From positions 4,980,001-5,012,000 of the forward strand of contig NC_009483.1 of NCBI RefSeq assembly GCF_000016745.1: DNA of 32,000 bases, in the 5' to 3' direction. This document shows positions 8,949 through 19,662 of this stretch, piece after piece (the first letter of the stretch is position 1; each line of letters begins with the position of its first letter). The notes beneath the pieces were generated by a model, which did no database searches, was not told the DNA's origin, and saw only the letters and a program-made list of their open reading frames with translations. The position numbers and the translations under genes are program-made. Origin of the DNA: Geotalea uraniireducens Rf4 (GTDB lineage Bacteria; Desulfobacterota; Desulfuromonadia; Geobacterales; Geobacteraceae).

Positions 8949-9042
8949 GGTGATTCTCCTTCGCTGAAAATTGAAAGCAAAGAGTGATACACCTTTTCCG
9001 GGCACGGGGCAAGCAAATTGTGATGGAGGGTCAGCGGGGGGG

Positions 9043-9066
9043 TAATCCCAATTTCAAATCAAGGCG
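9043..9066. repeat. Short-form copy of the dispersed repeat
   Basis: TAATCCCAATTTCAAATCAAGGCG equals the 29650 copy minus one 12-nt unit (TGGATGAAATCA). It overlaps the stop codon of the 97-aa gene. Confidence 0.7.
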
Positions 9067-9347
9067 AGCCTGTCACGCATGGCGTCAACCAGGCAGTCGA
9101 ACACTTCTTCGCGTTTATTGATGAAGCGGGGCATCTCGTTGAGGATTTCTTCCAGAATGTGGAGAACCCTGCCGTCGTCGCTGCCGAGAGCGTCCATGAC
9201 CGCCTCCAGCATAGGAATGACCTCGTAGAGGTCGTCCCGGTTGAACGCTTCCGCGTCCGGCTTGCCGCTGAATTTCGGTTTGTCGCGGTTGGCCGTATCT
9301 TTCGGATATTTGAACTGAAGATCTGACGGCTTGATTGTAATGCCCAT
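9054..9347 (-). CDS. Hypothetical protein (97 aa), no family recognised
   Basis: Start taken at MGITIKPSDLQ (ATG at 9347, RBS CAGGAGAAAAT upstream). GC3-rich codon usage matches the neighbouring genes. The longer ORF-track start at 9503 would overlap the PAS gene. Confidence 0.6.
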   Translation of the reverse strand: MGITIKPSDLQFKYPKDTANRDKPKFSGKPDAEAFNRDDLYEVIPMLEAVMDALGSDDGRVLHILEEILNEMPRFINKREEVFDCLVDAMRDRLALI

Positions 9348-9447
9348 ATTTTCTCCTGACATGACGATGATAGTAGGTATTGATTTGACGAGATCACGCC
9401 CGATAAAAAGAGGAAAATTCGCCTTGGCCGGATGGGAAAAGTGAGGA

Positions 9448-10455
9448 TCAGACCGAGCTGTCATGCTTGCGGAAAATTCCGCAGGTAACGGTCGGCTCTC
9501 CACCCTTGAAGCCGCAACTCATACTGCCGTCAACGCTCACGGCTGTGCCGTCTTTGGCGATAAACGCTGCATCGACGCGACCGATCTTCTGCCCGGTCTG
9601 CAATTGCCTGAACTGAGCGATACAGTGGGAACGATGGTCTGGATGAATGACTTCGGACAGGCTAAGACCGGCTAACTCTTCCCGGCTATAGCCGAGGGCC
9701 TCGCAACAGGCACGATTGGCGTAGAGGAAAAATCCATCAGGGTCGATGCTCACGATAAGATCGCCGGCGTTCTCGAACATATCGCCGTACATCTTTCCGC
9801 TTTCGCGCAAAGCCTCTTCCATGCGTTTTCTGTCCGTAATATCCGTATAGACGAGGACCACGCGATTGATTTCGCCGTACCTGTTCTTGATCGGGGTTCC
9901 GGACACATCGAAGTGGCGGTCCCTGTACACCCAGTCGGGCCGATGAGTTCCGATCCGCGTTGCCATGATCTTCTCGAAGGTGCAGTCGGAAGGAGGACAG
10001 GCCACGCCGCAGAGGATAGAACAACAGGTCTGCCCGATCACATCGCTTTGATCCTTGAGAAACAACTCTTTCAGTTTCAGGTTGTAGGCCTGGATGCGCA
10101 TCCTGTCATCGACGACCAGTATGCCGACCCCGGCAATGGTCAGAATCGCCTGGATTTCGTCGCGGGTCACCTGCAGCTTTTCATTGGTCTCGTTGAGATG
10201 CTCCAGCACCTGGGTAAAGGAATCCGCGATAATGCCGATAGGGTCGAGTTCCAGGAGCGTCTTCTCATCCAGCTCTTCGTGCCGGAGCGGCAATGTTCCC
10301 ATCACCAGCAACAGCTGGTTGACCTTGCTCCGCACGTAGTTGATTGCAGTCCTTTCCCTTTGGCGCAATGATTCATTTTCCGCGGATAGCCGGCTGAGTT
10401 CACTGAGACCGGTAAAGTCGTTGAGCAGATGTTTAACTTTTTCAATTAGTTTCAT
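9448..10455 (-). CDS. Tandem PAS-domain sensor protein: N-terminal coiled coil, no recognisable output domain
   Basis: 335 aa with two PAS-like modules (about aa 100-215 and 220-330; ...VLVYTDITDRKRMEEALRES... is a typical PAS/S-box linker). Cys cluster CCSILCGVACPPSDC in PAS1. No HisKA, HATPase, GGDEF or HTH motifs seen. Confidence 0.75.
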   Translation of the reverse strand: MKLIEKVKHLLNDFTGLSELSRLSAENESLRQRERTAINYVRSKVNQLLLVMGTLPLRHEELDEKTLLELDPIGIIADSFTQVLEHLNETNEKLQVTRDEIQAILTIAGVGILVVDDRMRIQAYNLKLKELFLKDQSDVIGQTCCSILCGVACPPSDCTFEKIMATRIGTHRPDWVYRDRHFDVSGTPIKNRYGEINRVVLVYTDITDRKRMEEALRESGKMYGDMFENAGDLIVSIDPDGFFLYANRACCEALGYSREELAGLSLSEVIHPDHRSHCIAQFRQLQTGQKIGRVDAAFIAKDGTAVSVDGSMSCGFKGGEPTVTCGIFRKHDSSV

Positions 10456-10473
10456 GCACCACGCCCAGTAGCG

Positions 10474-10737
10474 TCACTTGTCGCTCTCCACGACGATCCG
10501 GTAATAATCCGCTTCTTTAGTAACGCTTGCCTCATATCCCATATTGACGGCAGAGTCGGGTATGGTGATGGTCGAATCCCTGTTGTCGGTCTTGAATACC
10601 AGCTTTACGCTCCTGCTTTTCAGTTCTTGCCGGTGGCCGTTCATCTCTTTCAGGGCACGCAGTAATGTTGACGGGCATATCTGTCCACGCAGGTCGAGCT
10701 CGATCACCCTTTGATTGTCATCACTCATGGTCATCAT
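10474..10737 (-). CDS. TusA/SirA/YedF-like sulfur-carrier protein
   Basis: 87 aa. LDLRGQICPSTLLRALKEM carries the conserved active-site Cys context of the TusA family. It lies directly downstream of yeeE/yedE. The true start may be the 2nd or 4th Met. Confidence 0.8.
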   Translation of the reverse strand: MMTMSDDNQRVIELDLRGQICPSTLLRALKEMNGHRQELKSRSVKLVFKTDNRDSTITIPDSAVNMGYEASVTKEADYYRIVVESDK

Positions 10738-10788
10738 TTCCTTATGTACGTTTTACGCAATTTCCCGCCAAGGATACCCGCAAACCGA

Positions 10789-11904
10789 TCAGCACCTGAC
10801 AACCCATTTCACCAGTATCCGGCTCCCCAGCCATGCTCCGGCGAAGAGTCCCGACAAAAACAACACGCTCTGTCCCGCGAGAATCGGCAGCCCCCCCAAG
10901 AGGTGCCATATATTACAGGCAGGCGCCATGCGGGACGCCATTCCCATGATTGTCCCTCCGGCAAAAGCGGAAAGGCATTGCCTGACCGGAATCCTGAAAT
11001 AGATCTTGAATTCTCCGAGCAGGAGAGCGGATAACGTCCCTCCGGCTACGATGCCTGATACCAGCGGGAATTGGACTGCCGCAATAGCGTCAAAGCGCCA
11101 ACCAGGGCCACCGACCAGATGAGTATTGCCTACGGGGCTGATATAGTCAAGGGGGATCGCCTGAAAATAGGCTAATCCGGCCGTATGCGCCGGGAAGAAG
11201 GCGTTTTCAAGATACGCGCCCATCTTTGCATACGCCGTGGTTATCCCTAACGGCATGCCGATGATGAGCGCAGAACAGAGACCGATCAGGGCAAGAAGCA
11301 GGGCGGCTTTCCACGGCTGCAGATATCCCTCGGCGCGGGAGCGACGCGCCCATTTACCCTCCCTGAACCATCTATGGAAAAGAAAAAGGGCCACGGCCAG
11401 GACTGCCACTATAACCGACGCCGGATCAATACCCATTATCTGAGGTATTGTGACTTTGCCCTTGAAGATGGTGGTCGCCCGGGCAAACTCCCCCCACCAG
11501 GGATGAATTTCCGCGTAGACGGTACTGCCGGCTATGAGACCGGCAAAGGCGATGGCGCTCAGCAGGCTGCCGGCCCCCATTTTGTAGAGGATCCCGGCCA
11601 CGCAGCCACCGGCCAGCACCATGCCGATACCAAAGATCAGCCCGCCGACAAGATTGGCCAGAGACGGGGAGCCAAAAAGCGGGAATGGGTAGAGCAAAAG
11701 CCCCGTTTGCCGTGCCGCTTCGAAAAGCGCCATGCTGGCGATGACCGCCAACGCCAGGATGCGTAACATGGAGTTTTGTCTGAAAAGGAAAAGGTCGCGA
11801 AACATTCCCGCCATGCAGAAATCGGAACGGTGCATGATGAAGCCCGTCGCCAAGCCGAAAAGGAGAGAAAGGCTTATGATGAGAGGAAAGGCGCTGTTAT
11901 CCAA
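10789..11904 (-). CDS. YeeE/YedE family inner-membrane transporter (thiosulfate or selenium type)
   Basis: 371 aa and polytopic. Conserved Cys contexts HRSDFCMAGMFRD, LAGGCVAGILYK and RMAPACNIWH. The ORF-track start is a TTG, so the exact start is uncertain. Confidence 0.8.
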   Translation of the reverse strand: MDNSAFPLIISLSLLFGLATGFIMHRSDFCMAGMFRDLFLFRQNSMLRILALAVIASMALFEAARQTGLLLYPFPLFGSPSLANLVGGLIFGIGMVLAGGCVAGILYKMGAGSLLSAIAFAGLIAGSTVYAEIHPWWGEFARATTIFKGKVTIPQIMGIDPASVIVAVLAVALFLFHRWFREGKWARRSRAEGYLQPWKAALLLALIGLCSALIIGMPLGITTAYAKMGAYLENAFFPAHTAGLAYFQAIPLDYISPVGNTHLVGGPGWRFDAIAAVQFPLVSGIVAGGTLSALLLGEFKIYFRIPVRQCLSAFAGGTIMGMASRMAPACNIWHLLGGLPILAGQSVLFLSGLFAGAWLGSRILVKWVVRC

Positions 11905-11933
11905 TAATACCGCCGAATATTATGATTTTTCCT

Positions 11934-12350
11934 TTAAACACCGGTGAGGACCTGAACAAGTTCGTCCGGCAACCGTTTTGCCTTCATCTCGGGGCCGACA
12001 CAGACCAACGTCACCTTGCCGGCAACGAGAAGCTTTCCGTCAACCGCCCGGACCACCTGCTGACCGAGAATAAAAGAGGTCTTCCCCACTTCCAGCACTT
12101 CGGTTTCGATCCGTAGCAGGTCGTCATGTCTGGCCGGGGCACGAAAGTCGACTTCTACCCTGACCACCGGGAAGATGCAGCCGCGCTCATGGAGTTCCAG
12201 TACCGACAGGCCCCGTTCGCGCATAAACTCGGTCCGCGCCCGCTCAAAGTAACGGAGGTAGTTGGCATGGTAGACCACCCCTCCCGCATCGGTATCCTCA
12301 TAGTAGATTCGTATTTCCAAGGGCTCCTCCGGTTGCCGGCTCTGCGGCAA
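11934..12350 (-). CDS. YbgC/FadM-type acyl-CoA thioesterase (4HBT hotdog fold)
   Basis: IYYEDTDAGGVVYHANYLRYFERARTEFMRERG is the 4HBT class II signature. The start codon is TTG, so the start is uncertain. It lies 11 nt after the glnE stop. Confidence 0.8.
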   Translation of the reverse strand: MPQSRQPEEPLEIRIYYEDTDAGGVVYHANYLRYFERARTEFMRERGLSVLELHERGCIFPVVRVEVDFRAPARHDDLLRIETEVLEVGKTSFILGQQVVRAVDGKLLVAGKVTLVCVGPEMKAKRLPDELVQVLTGV

Positions 12351-12361
12351 CGAGCTTTCCG

Positions 12362-15300
12362 TCAGTTTTCACCGGCGACGAAAATCCGGTCGTACACCTG
12401 GCGCACGGCAAAGGTTACCTGTTCGTAATCCCGCATCAGGGCCTCCCCGGGATTTTTCAGCTTCGGGTCGTAGCCCAGGCGGCGGGCCAGCTTGTTCAGG
12501 TATTTCATCGGCCCGCCAAGGTCGTTTATGGAATAATCGTGGATGATGCGCAGCCGGTTTTCCAGGCGGCGGAGGAATTTGTAGCCGTTCTGGAGGGCGG
12601 AGAAATCGGCGTCTGCCAGGAGGCGGCTCGCCTTCATCGCCTTAAGCGCCATCAGGGTGTTGGTGCTGCGGATTTCCGGGAATTCCTTGCCTTGCTTGAG
12701 CTGGAGGAACTGGACAATGAATTCTATGTCAACGATCCCGCCGCGGCCGGTCTTGATGTTGTAGTTCCCCTCCGACTCTTTTGCCAGTTCGGTCTCCATC
12801 CGCATCCGCAGCCGGTGGATCTCTTTTCGCACCGCATCATCGGCGCTTCTGCCGTAAACCGTATGGCGGACGATCTCCTCGATCCCCCCCTTGAGCGGTT
12901 CGTCTCCCAAAGCCACCCGGGCGCGGGTCAAGGCCTGGCGCTCCCAGATCTGGGCCTCTTCCCGGTGATAGTTCCTGAACGACTCCAGGGAGGTGACAAG
13001 CGGCCCGGCATTGCCCGACGGGCGGAGGCGGGTATCGATCTTGTACACATACCCCTCGCGGGTCTGGGTTGTGAGTATCAGAATGATCTTCTGCGCCAGC
13101 TTGGCAAAATATTCGTGGTTTGTGATCTGCTTTTCGCCGTCCGTGTACCCCTGGTAGTCGTAGATGTAGATGATGTCCAGGTCGGAATGGTAATTGAGCT
13201 CGTTTCCCCCCAGCTTGCCCATGGCAAGGATGGCGAAACGGGCCTCTTTCACCGCGCCTTCTTCATCGCGGTACGTCGGCCTGCCGAAACGGCTGAGTTC
13301 CGACTTGCCCATCCGGCAGGCTGCCGCCAGGCAAACCTCGGCCAAGTGGGTGAGCTGCATGGCTATCTCGGTCTGCCCTACCTTGCCGTAGATGTCGTTC
13401 ATGCCGATACGGAGGAACTCCTCATGGCGGAAGCGGCGCAGGGCGTCAAGCTTCTCCTCGAAATCATCCGCCTGCTCCAGCAAAACAGCCAGTTCTCTTT
13501 CCATCACATCTCGTTCCTTGAGGAATGAAGCATAGGCGCGGGAGACCATGCTGTCGAGAAGCTCGGGATGGCTGACGAAGATTTTCGACAGGAACTCCGA
13601 CATGCCGAACAGGGAAACCATGAGTTTGAGTATCTCGCGGTTTTCTGCGAGCAGGGCGTAGAACGTGGAGCGGGAACCGACCGCGCAGAGAAAGCGCTCC
13701 AGGTTGGTGAGGGCCATGTCCGGGTCAGGGGAGGCGAATATCTCCTGCAAGAGGAGGGGGGCGATGTTTTCCAGGATGCGCCGGGCTCGTTCGGTGAGAT
13801 GGGCTCGCGGCGGACCATCGCGCAGCAGCAGCAGGTTTTCGTACGCAGCATCGACATTTTCAAAGCGGCGCTCGGCGAGCATGTCTTTGATCAGATCGGG
13901 GGCTGCCTTGCGGTCGAAAAAGTAGTAAACCTCCGGCTGGAGCTCTTCCTTAAGTCGTTCGTCGCGGGAGAGGAACAGCGCGCCGTAGATGGAGGAAACC
14001 CTTTGACGGTGGGCTTCCAGCGTCTCCGTAAATTTCGCCGGGCCATTGGGGCGGAGATAGCCGCAACGGCGGGCCAATGCCCGCAGTTCGTCTTCCTTGC
14101 GCGGCAGGCTGTGGCTCTGCCGCTCCTGGACCACCTGGATCCGATGCTCGACAAAGCGGAGGAAGCGGTATGCATCGCTGAGGGCCGCGCAGTCATCTGC
14201 CGGGATAATGCGGGCGTCGCGCAACGCGATCAGCGCGAGCAACGAATTTTTCACCCGTAAGGCCGGGTTCTTCCCGGCATAGACGAGCTGTAACGCCTGG
14301 ATGAAGAACTCGATTTCGCGAATCCCCCCCCGCCCGAGCTTGATGTTGTATTCCCCTTCCTGCGACCTGGCCAGAGAAGCATCTATCTTCTTCTTCATCC
14401 CCATGATGTCTTCGATCAGGTTGTAATCCAGATACTTGCGATAGACAAACGGCTCGATGACACGGAGGAACTGCTCGCCGAGCTCCAGCGAGCCTGCCAC
14501 CGGACGCGCCTTCAGCATGGCCGACCGCTCCCACGACTGCCCCCACGATTCGTAATAGATCTCGGCGGAACGGATGGAAGTAGCCACGTCACCGCTCTTC
14601 CCCTCCGGCCGCAATCCCAGATCGACACGGAAGACGAAGCCGTCGTCGGTCACTTGGGAGATCGCCTTACCGATCATCTCCGCCAATTTGACGAAGAAGG
14701 CGTGGAGCGAGATCTTGCCCCGTACCCATCCCTGGCCGTCATCGATACCGCTCGTTTCTCCCTGGTCGGAGGAATAGAAGTAGATGATGTCGATGTCCGA
14801 GGAAAAATTGAGCTCCCGTCCGCCCAGTTTCCCCATGCCGATAACGACCAGATCGGCTTCCCGCTCTCCGGAAGGGGTTTGCATCAGGGGAATGCCATGC
14901 TCCCCCACCAGTTGCCGGCGCGCCACCTCGTAAGCAACCTGGAGCGTTGCCGCCGCAAGTCCCGAGAGTTCGGCCGTCACCTCTTCCAGCGCGGCTAAGC
15001 CATTCAGGTCGCGGGCCGCAATGCGCAGGATTTCCACAAATTTGAAGCGGCGGAGAAACGGCAGGATCGCCTGGTAATCGGCATCCGGGGCGAGCTGGCT
15101 ACGGAGGAGGGCAAGGGTTTCCGCCTCGCTCCGTCCGACGTCGATCTGTCGGCGGGTGAAGAGCTCCCGGAAATACAGGGGGTCACGGCAAATGATGTTA
15201 GTGAGAAACGGCGAAGAACCGCAGATGTTGATCAGCCTGGCGAGCATCGCCTTCTTGCCGCATGCGGCGAGCAATTCTTCGCGCGGAACGACGGATCCGA

Positions 15301-15538
15301 TCCTCTCCAGGTTGTTGAGGGCCATGTCCGGCAGGGGGGTTGCCAGGGCGGCCAGGGCGATGGCGCGGAGGCTTTCGGGGGGGAATATGTAGGCGAGCAG
15401 GCGCAGATTGGCGGCGGAGCGAGGACCGTAGCCGAACCCTCTCGATTCGAGGCATGATATGAGCTGGCGGTCCCCGTTTTCCGGGTCTAAGGCAAGGGCA
15501 GCCTGGAGTTCCTCGGCAAACTCCGCATTGCGGTTCAT
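12362..15538 (-). CDS. glnE: Bifunctional glutamine synthetase adenylyltransferase / adenylyl-removing enzyme
   Basis: 1058 aa. Two nucleotidyltransferase modules ([22 protein letters not shown] and [22 protein letters not shown]), each followed by a GlnE-type domain ([14 protein letters not shown] / [14 protein letters not shown]). Confidence 0.93.
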   Translation of the reverse strand: MNRNAEFAEELQAALALDPENGDRQLISCLESRGFGYGPRSAANLRLLAYIFPPESLRAIALAALATPLPDMALNNLERIGSVVPREELLAACGKKAMLARLINICGSSPFLTNIICRDPLYFRELFTRRQIDVGRSEAETLALLRSQLAPDADYQAILPFLRRFKFVEILRIAARDLNGLAALEEVTAELSGLAAATLQVAYEVARRQLVGEHGIPLMQTPSGEREADLVVIGMGKLGGRELNFSSDIDIIYFYSSDQGETSGIDDGQGWVRGKISLHAFFVKLAEMIGKAISQVTDDGFVFRVDLGLRPEGKSGDVATSIRSAEIYYESWGQSWERSAMLKARPVAGSLELGEQFLRVIEPFVYRKYLDYNLIEDIMGMKKKIDASLARSQEGEYNIKLGRGGIREIEFFIQALQLVYAGKNPALRVKNSLLALIALRDARIIPADDCAALSDAYRFLRFVEHRIQVVQERQSHSLPRKEDELRALARRCGYLRPNGPAKFTETLEAHRQRVSSIYGALFLSRDERLKEELQPEVYYFFDRKAAPDLIKDMLAERRFENVDAAYENLLLLRDGPPRAHLTERARRILENIAPLLLQEIFASPDPDMALTNLERFLCAVGSRSTFYALLAENREILKLMVSLFGMSEFLSKIFVSHPELLDSMVSRAYASFLKERDVMERELAVLLEQADDFEEKLDALRRFRHEEFLRIGMNDIYGKVGQTEIAMQLTHLAEVCLAAACRMGKSELSRFGRPTYRDEEGAVKEARFAILAMGKLGGNELNYHSDLDIIYIYDYQGYTDGEKQITNHEYFAKLAQKIILILTTQTREGYVYKIDTRLRPSGNAGPLVTSLESFRNYHREEAQIWERQALTRARVALGDEPLKGGIEEIVRHTVYGRSADDAVRKEIHRLRMRMETELAKESEGNYNIKTGRGGIVDIEFIVQFLQLKQGKEFPEIRSTNTLMALKAMKASRLLADADFSALQNGYKFLRRLENRLRIIHDYSINDLGGPMKYLNKLARRLGYDPKLKNPGEALMRDYEQVTFAVRQVYDRIFVAGEN

Positions 15539-16575
15539 CGGCCCACCAGAGCCCTGAGTTCCTTCTCGTAATCGCCCCGCACCACCCCTTTTTCGGTGAT
15601 GATGCCGGCAATGTAACGGGCAGGAGTGACGTCGAAGGCCGGATTGCGCACTTTCACCCCTTCGGGGGCGACGGGCAATCCCTGGAGATGGGTGACTTCC
15701 CGTGAATGGCGCTCCTCGATGGGGATATCTTCACCGCTCTTAAGGGACAGGTCGAGGGTCGAGACGGGGGCGGCCACGTAGAAGGGGATCTTGTTCTCCT
15801 TCGCCAGCACCGCGACGGAATAGGTGCCGATCTTGTTGGCCGTATCGCCGTTGGCGGCGATACGGTCGGCGCCGACGACGCAGACGTCGATCTCCCCTTT
15901 TCTCATGAAGTAGCCGGCCATGTTGTCTGAAATAAGGGTGACGGGAATGCCGTCCTTCATCAGTTCCCACGAGGTGAGACGGGCCCCCTGGAGCCAGGGA
16001 CGAGTCTCGTCGGCAAAGACCTGGATCCGCTTCCCCGCCTCATGGGCGGCACGGATGACGCCGAGGGCGGTGCCATAGCCGGCCGTGGCCAAACCGCCGG
16101 CGTTGCAGTGGGTGAGGATGGTCGCCCCCTCCTTGATGAGGGGCGCGCCGTTGCGGCCGATGGCCCGGCAGATCTCCAGATCCTCCTCCTCGATGCGGAT
16201 CGCCTCCGCCTTGAGGATTTCCCGGATGGAGTTGAGGTCCTTGTCCCGATGGGACTCGGCCACCCGTTTCATCCGCTCGATGGCCCAGAACAGGTTGACC
16301 GCCGTGGGGCGGGTGCGGGCCATGACGTTGCAGACGTTGTCCAGCTGGCGGAAGAACGATTCATGGGTGTCGGCGATGATCTCCCGGGCGCCGAGGGCGA
16401 TCCCCATGGCCGCAGCCACACCGATGGCCGGCGCGCCGCGGATGATCATGCCGCGGATCGCCTCGGCCACGCTCTGGAAGTCCGTGTATTCGTTGTAGAC
16501 CTCTTCGCCGGGAAGCCGGGTCTGGTCGATCATAACCACCTTGTTGTCGCGCCATTCAATTGTTCTAAAGGACAT
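15535..16575 (-). CDS. mtnA: S-methyl-5-thioribose-1-phosphate isomerase (eIF-2B alpha/beta/delta-like family)
   Basis: 346 aa. [22 protein letters not shown]...[12 protein letters not shown]...[18 protein letters not shown] is classic MtnA. The stop overlaps the glnE start (ATGA). Confidence 0.9.
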   Translation of the reverse strand: MSFRTIEWRDNKVVMIDQTRLPGEEVYNEYTDFQSVAEAIRGMIIRGAPAIGVAAAMGIALGAREIIADTHESFFRQLDNVCNVMARTRPTAVNLFWAIERMKRVAESHRDKDLNSIREILKAEAIRIEEEDLEICRAIGRNGAPLIKEGATILTHCNAGGLATAGYGTALGVIRAAHEAGKRIQVFADETRPWLQGARLTSWELMKDGIPVTLISDNMAGYFMRKGEIDVCVVGADRIAANGDTANKIGTYSVAVLAKENKIPFYVAAPVSTLDLSLKSGEDIPIEERHSREVTHLQGLPVAPEGVKVRNPAFDVTPARYIAGIITEKGVVRGDYEKELRALVGR

Positions 16576-16592
16576 AATAACCTCTTATAAAT

Positions 16593-16667
16593 CTGCCACA
16601 GAGACACAGAGAAAACCTTTGAAATTATTGAACCGCTTTTCGCTTTTTCTCCGTGTCTCTGTGGCAG
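16593..16667 (-). repeat. 23-bp-stem inverted repeat (REP-like hairpin or terminator) in the gatB-mtnA spacer
   Basis: CTGCCACAGAGACACAGAGAAAA (16593-16615) pairs with TTTTCTCCGTGTCTCTGTGGCAG (16645-16667). The single mismatch becomes a G-U wobble only on the minus-strand (mRNA-sense) transcript. Loop is 29 nt. Confidence 0.75.
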
Positions 16668-16677
16668 GTTTTCCTGT

Positions 16678-18117
16678 TTAGCCGTTGAGTTTCTTCAGCA
16701 ATATCTCGTTCACCAGCGCCGGGTTCGCCTTCCCCTTGGAGGCCCGCATCACCTGGCCGACGAAGAAGCCGAAGAGCTTGTCCTTGCCGCTCCGGTATTC
16801 CTCCACCTGCCCCGCCTCCTTTGCCAACACCTCGTCGATGATCGCCTCTATCGCGCCCGTGTCGGAGACCTGCACCAGCCCCTTTTCTTCTACAATCTTT
16901 TCCGGAGCCTTGCCGCTTCGCCACATCTCGTCGAAGACGGTCTTGGCGATCTTGCCGGAGATGGTCCCCTTCTCGATCAGCCGGAGAAGATCGGCCAAAA
17001 GCGGCGGCGTCACCGGACAGTCGGCTATGGATCTGTTCTCTTCGTTGAGCGCCCGGGTCACCTCCCCCATCACCCAGTTGGCAACGGGCTTCGGCTGGGG
17101 AGAGAGGGCCAGGCAGGCCTCGAAGTAGCCGGCCAGCTCACGGGTCGCGGTCAGCACCTCGGCATCGTAGACAGGAAGTCCCAGTTCGTCCGTGTAGCGC
17201 TGCCGCTTGGCATCGGGGAGCTCGGGGAGGGAGAGCCGCGCATCCTCCACCCAGTCGTTGCCGATGACCAGCGGCACCAGGTCCGGATCGGGGAAGTAGC
17301 GGTAGTCGTGGGCTTCTTCCTTGCCCCGCATGGAGCGGGTAGACCCTGTGTTCGGATCGAAGAGGCGGGTCTCCTGGACGATCTTTCCCCCCTCCTCGAT
17401 CACCTCGATCTGCCGCTCGATCTCGTATTCGATCGCCTGCTTGACGAACTTGAAGGAGTTGACGTTCTTGGTTTCAGTGCGGGTGCCGAACTTGTCGGAG
17501 CCTGCCGGCATCACCGAAACGTTGGCATCGCAGCGGAAGCTCCCCTCCTCCATGTTGCCGTCGCTGATCCCGAGATAAACGACGATCTGGTGCAGCTTCT
17601 TCAGGTAGGCCACCGCTTCGTCAGCGGAGCGCATGTCAGGCTCGGAGACGATCTCCAGAAGCGGCGTGCAGGCCCGGTTCAGGTCGACGCAGGAATCGTC
17701 GCCGACGCCGGGGACGTCGGCGTGCACCAGCTTCCCCGCGTCTTCCTCCATGTGGATGCGGGTGATGCCGATCCTTTTCATCCCCCCTTCCACCTCGATA
17801 TCCAGATGGCCGTCAATGCAGATGGGAAGCTCGAACTGGCTGATCTGGTATCCCTTGGGGAGGTCGGGGTAGAAGTAGTTCTTCCGGGCGAAGACGCTCC
17901 GCGGCGCTATCCGGCAGTTGGTGGCAAGACCCGCCCTGATGGCATACTCCACCACCTTCTTGTTGAGGACCGGCAGCGCCCCCGGCATCCCCAGGCAGAC
18001 CGGGCAGGTCTGGGAGTTAGGCTCTGCGCCGAAGCGGGTCGAGCAGCCGCAAAAAATCTTGCTGTTGGTGAGGAGCTGGACGTGGACCTCCAGCCCGATG
18101 ACAACCTGATATTTCAT
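16678..18117 (-). CDS. gatB: Asp-tRNA(Asn)/Glu-tRNA(Gln) amidotransferase subunit B
   Basis: Start taken at [15 protein letters not shown] (ATG at 18117, RBS GGAGA). The ORF-track N-terminal extension is not supported. Conserved GatB sequence throughout. Confidence 0.95.
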   Translation of the reverse strand: MKYQVVIGLEVHVQLLTNSKIFCGCSTRFGAEPNSQTCPVCLGMPGALPVLNKKVVEYAIRAGLATNCRIAPRSVFARKNYFYPDLPKGYQISQFELPICIDGHLDIEVEGGMKRIGITRIHMEEDAGKLVHADVPGVGDDSCVDLNRACTPLLEIVSEPDMRSADEAVAYLKKLHQIVVYLGISDGNMEEGSFRCDANVSVMPAGSDKFGTRTETKNVNSFKFVKQAIEYEIERQIEVIEEGGKIVQETRLFDPNTGSTRSMRGKEEAHDYRYFPDPDLVPLVIGNDWVEDARLSLPELPDAKRQRYTDELGLPVYDAEVLTATRELAGYFEACLALSPQPKPVANWVMGEVTRALNEENRSIADCPVTPPLLADLLRLIEKGTISGKIAKTVFDEMWRSGKAPEKIVEEKGLVQVSDTGAIEAIIDEVLAKEAGQVEEYRSGKDKLFGFFVGQVMRASKGKANPALVNEILLKKLNG

Positions 18118-18167
18118 AGATTCTCCGATAACGTTTGTAAGGGCGCGGCTGCACCCCCCTCCATGTC

Positions 18168-19625
<1,458 letters not shown>

Positions 19626-19662
19626 ATATACTCCAGAATTGATTCCAAGAAATAAATACCTG

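Noticed and set aside
9001-9016. Sigma54-like element GGCACGGGGCAAGCA on the plus strand with correct GG-N10-GC spacing
   Set aside because: The -12 region is AAGCA rather than TTGCA, and it points into the antisense of minus-strand genes with no plus-strand gene downstream. It is most likely chance in GC-rich DNA. It would matter only if an antisense RNA or repeat transcript were detected.
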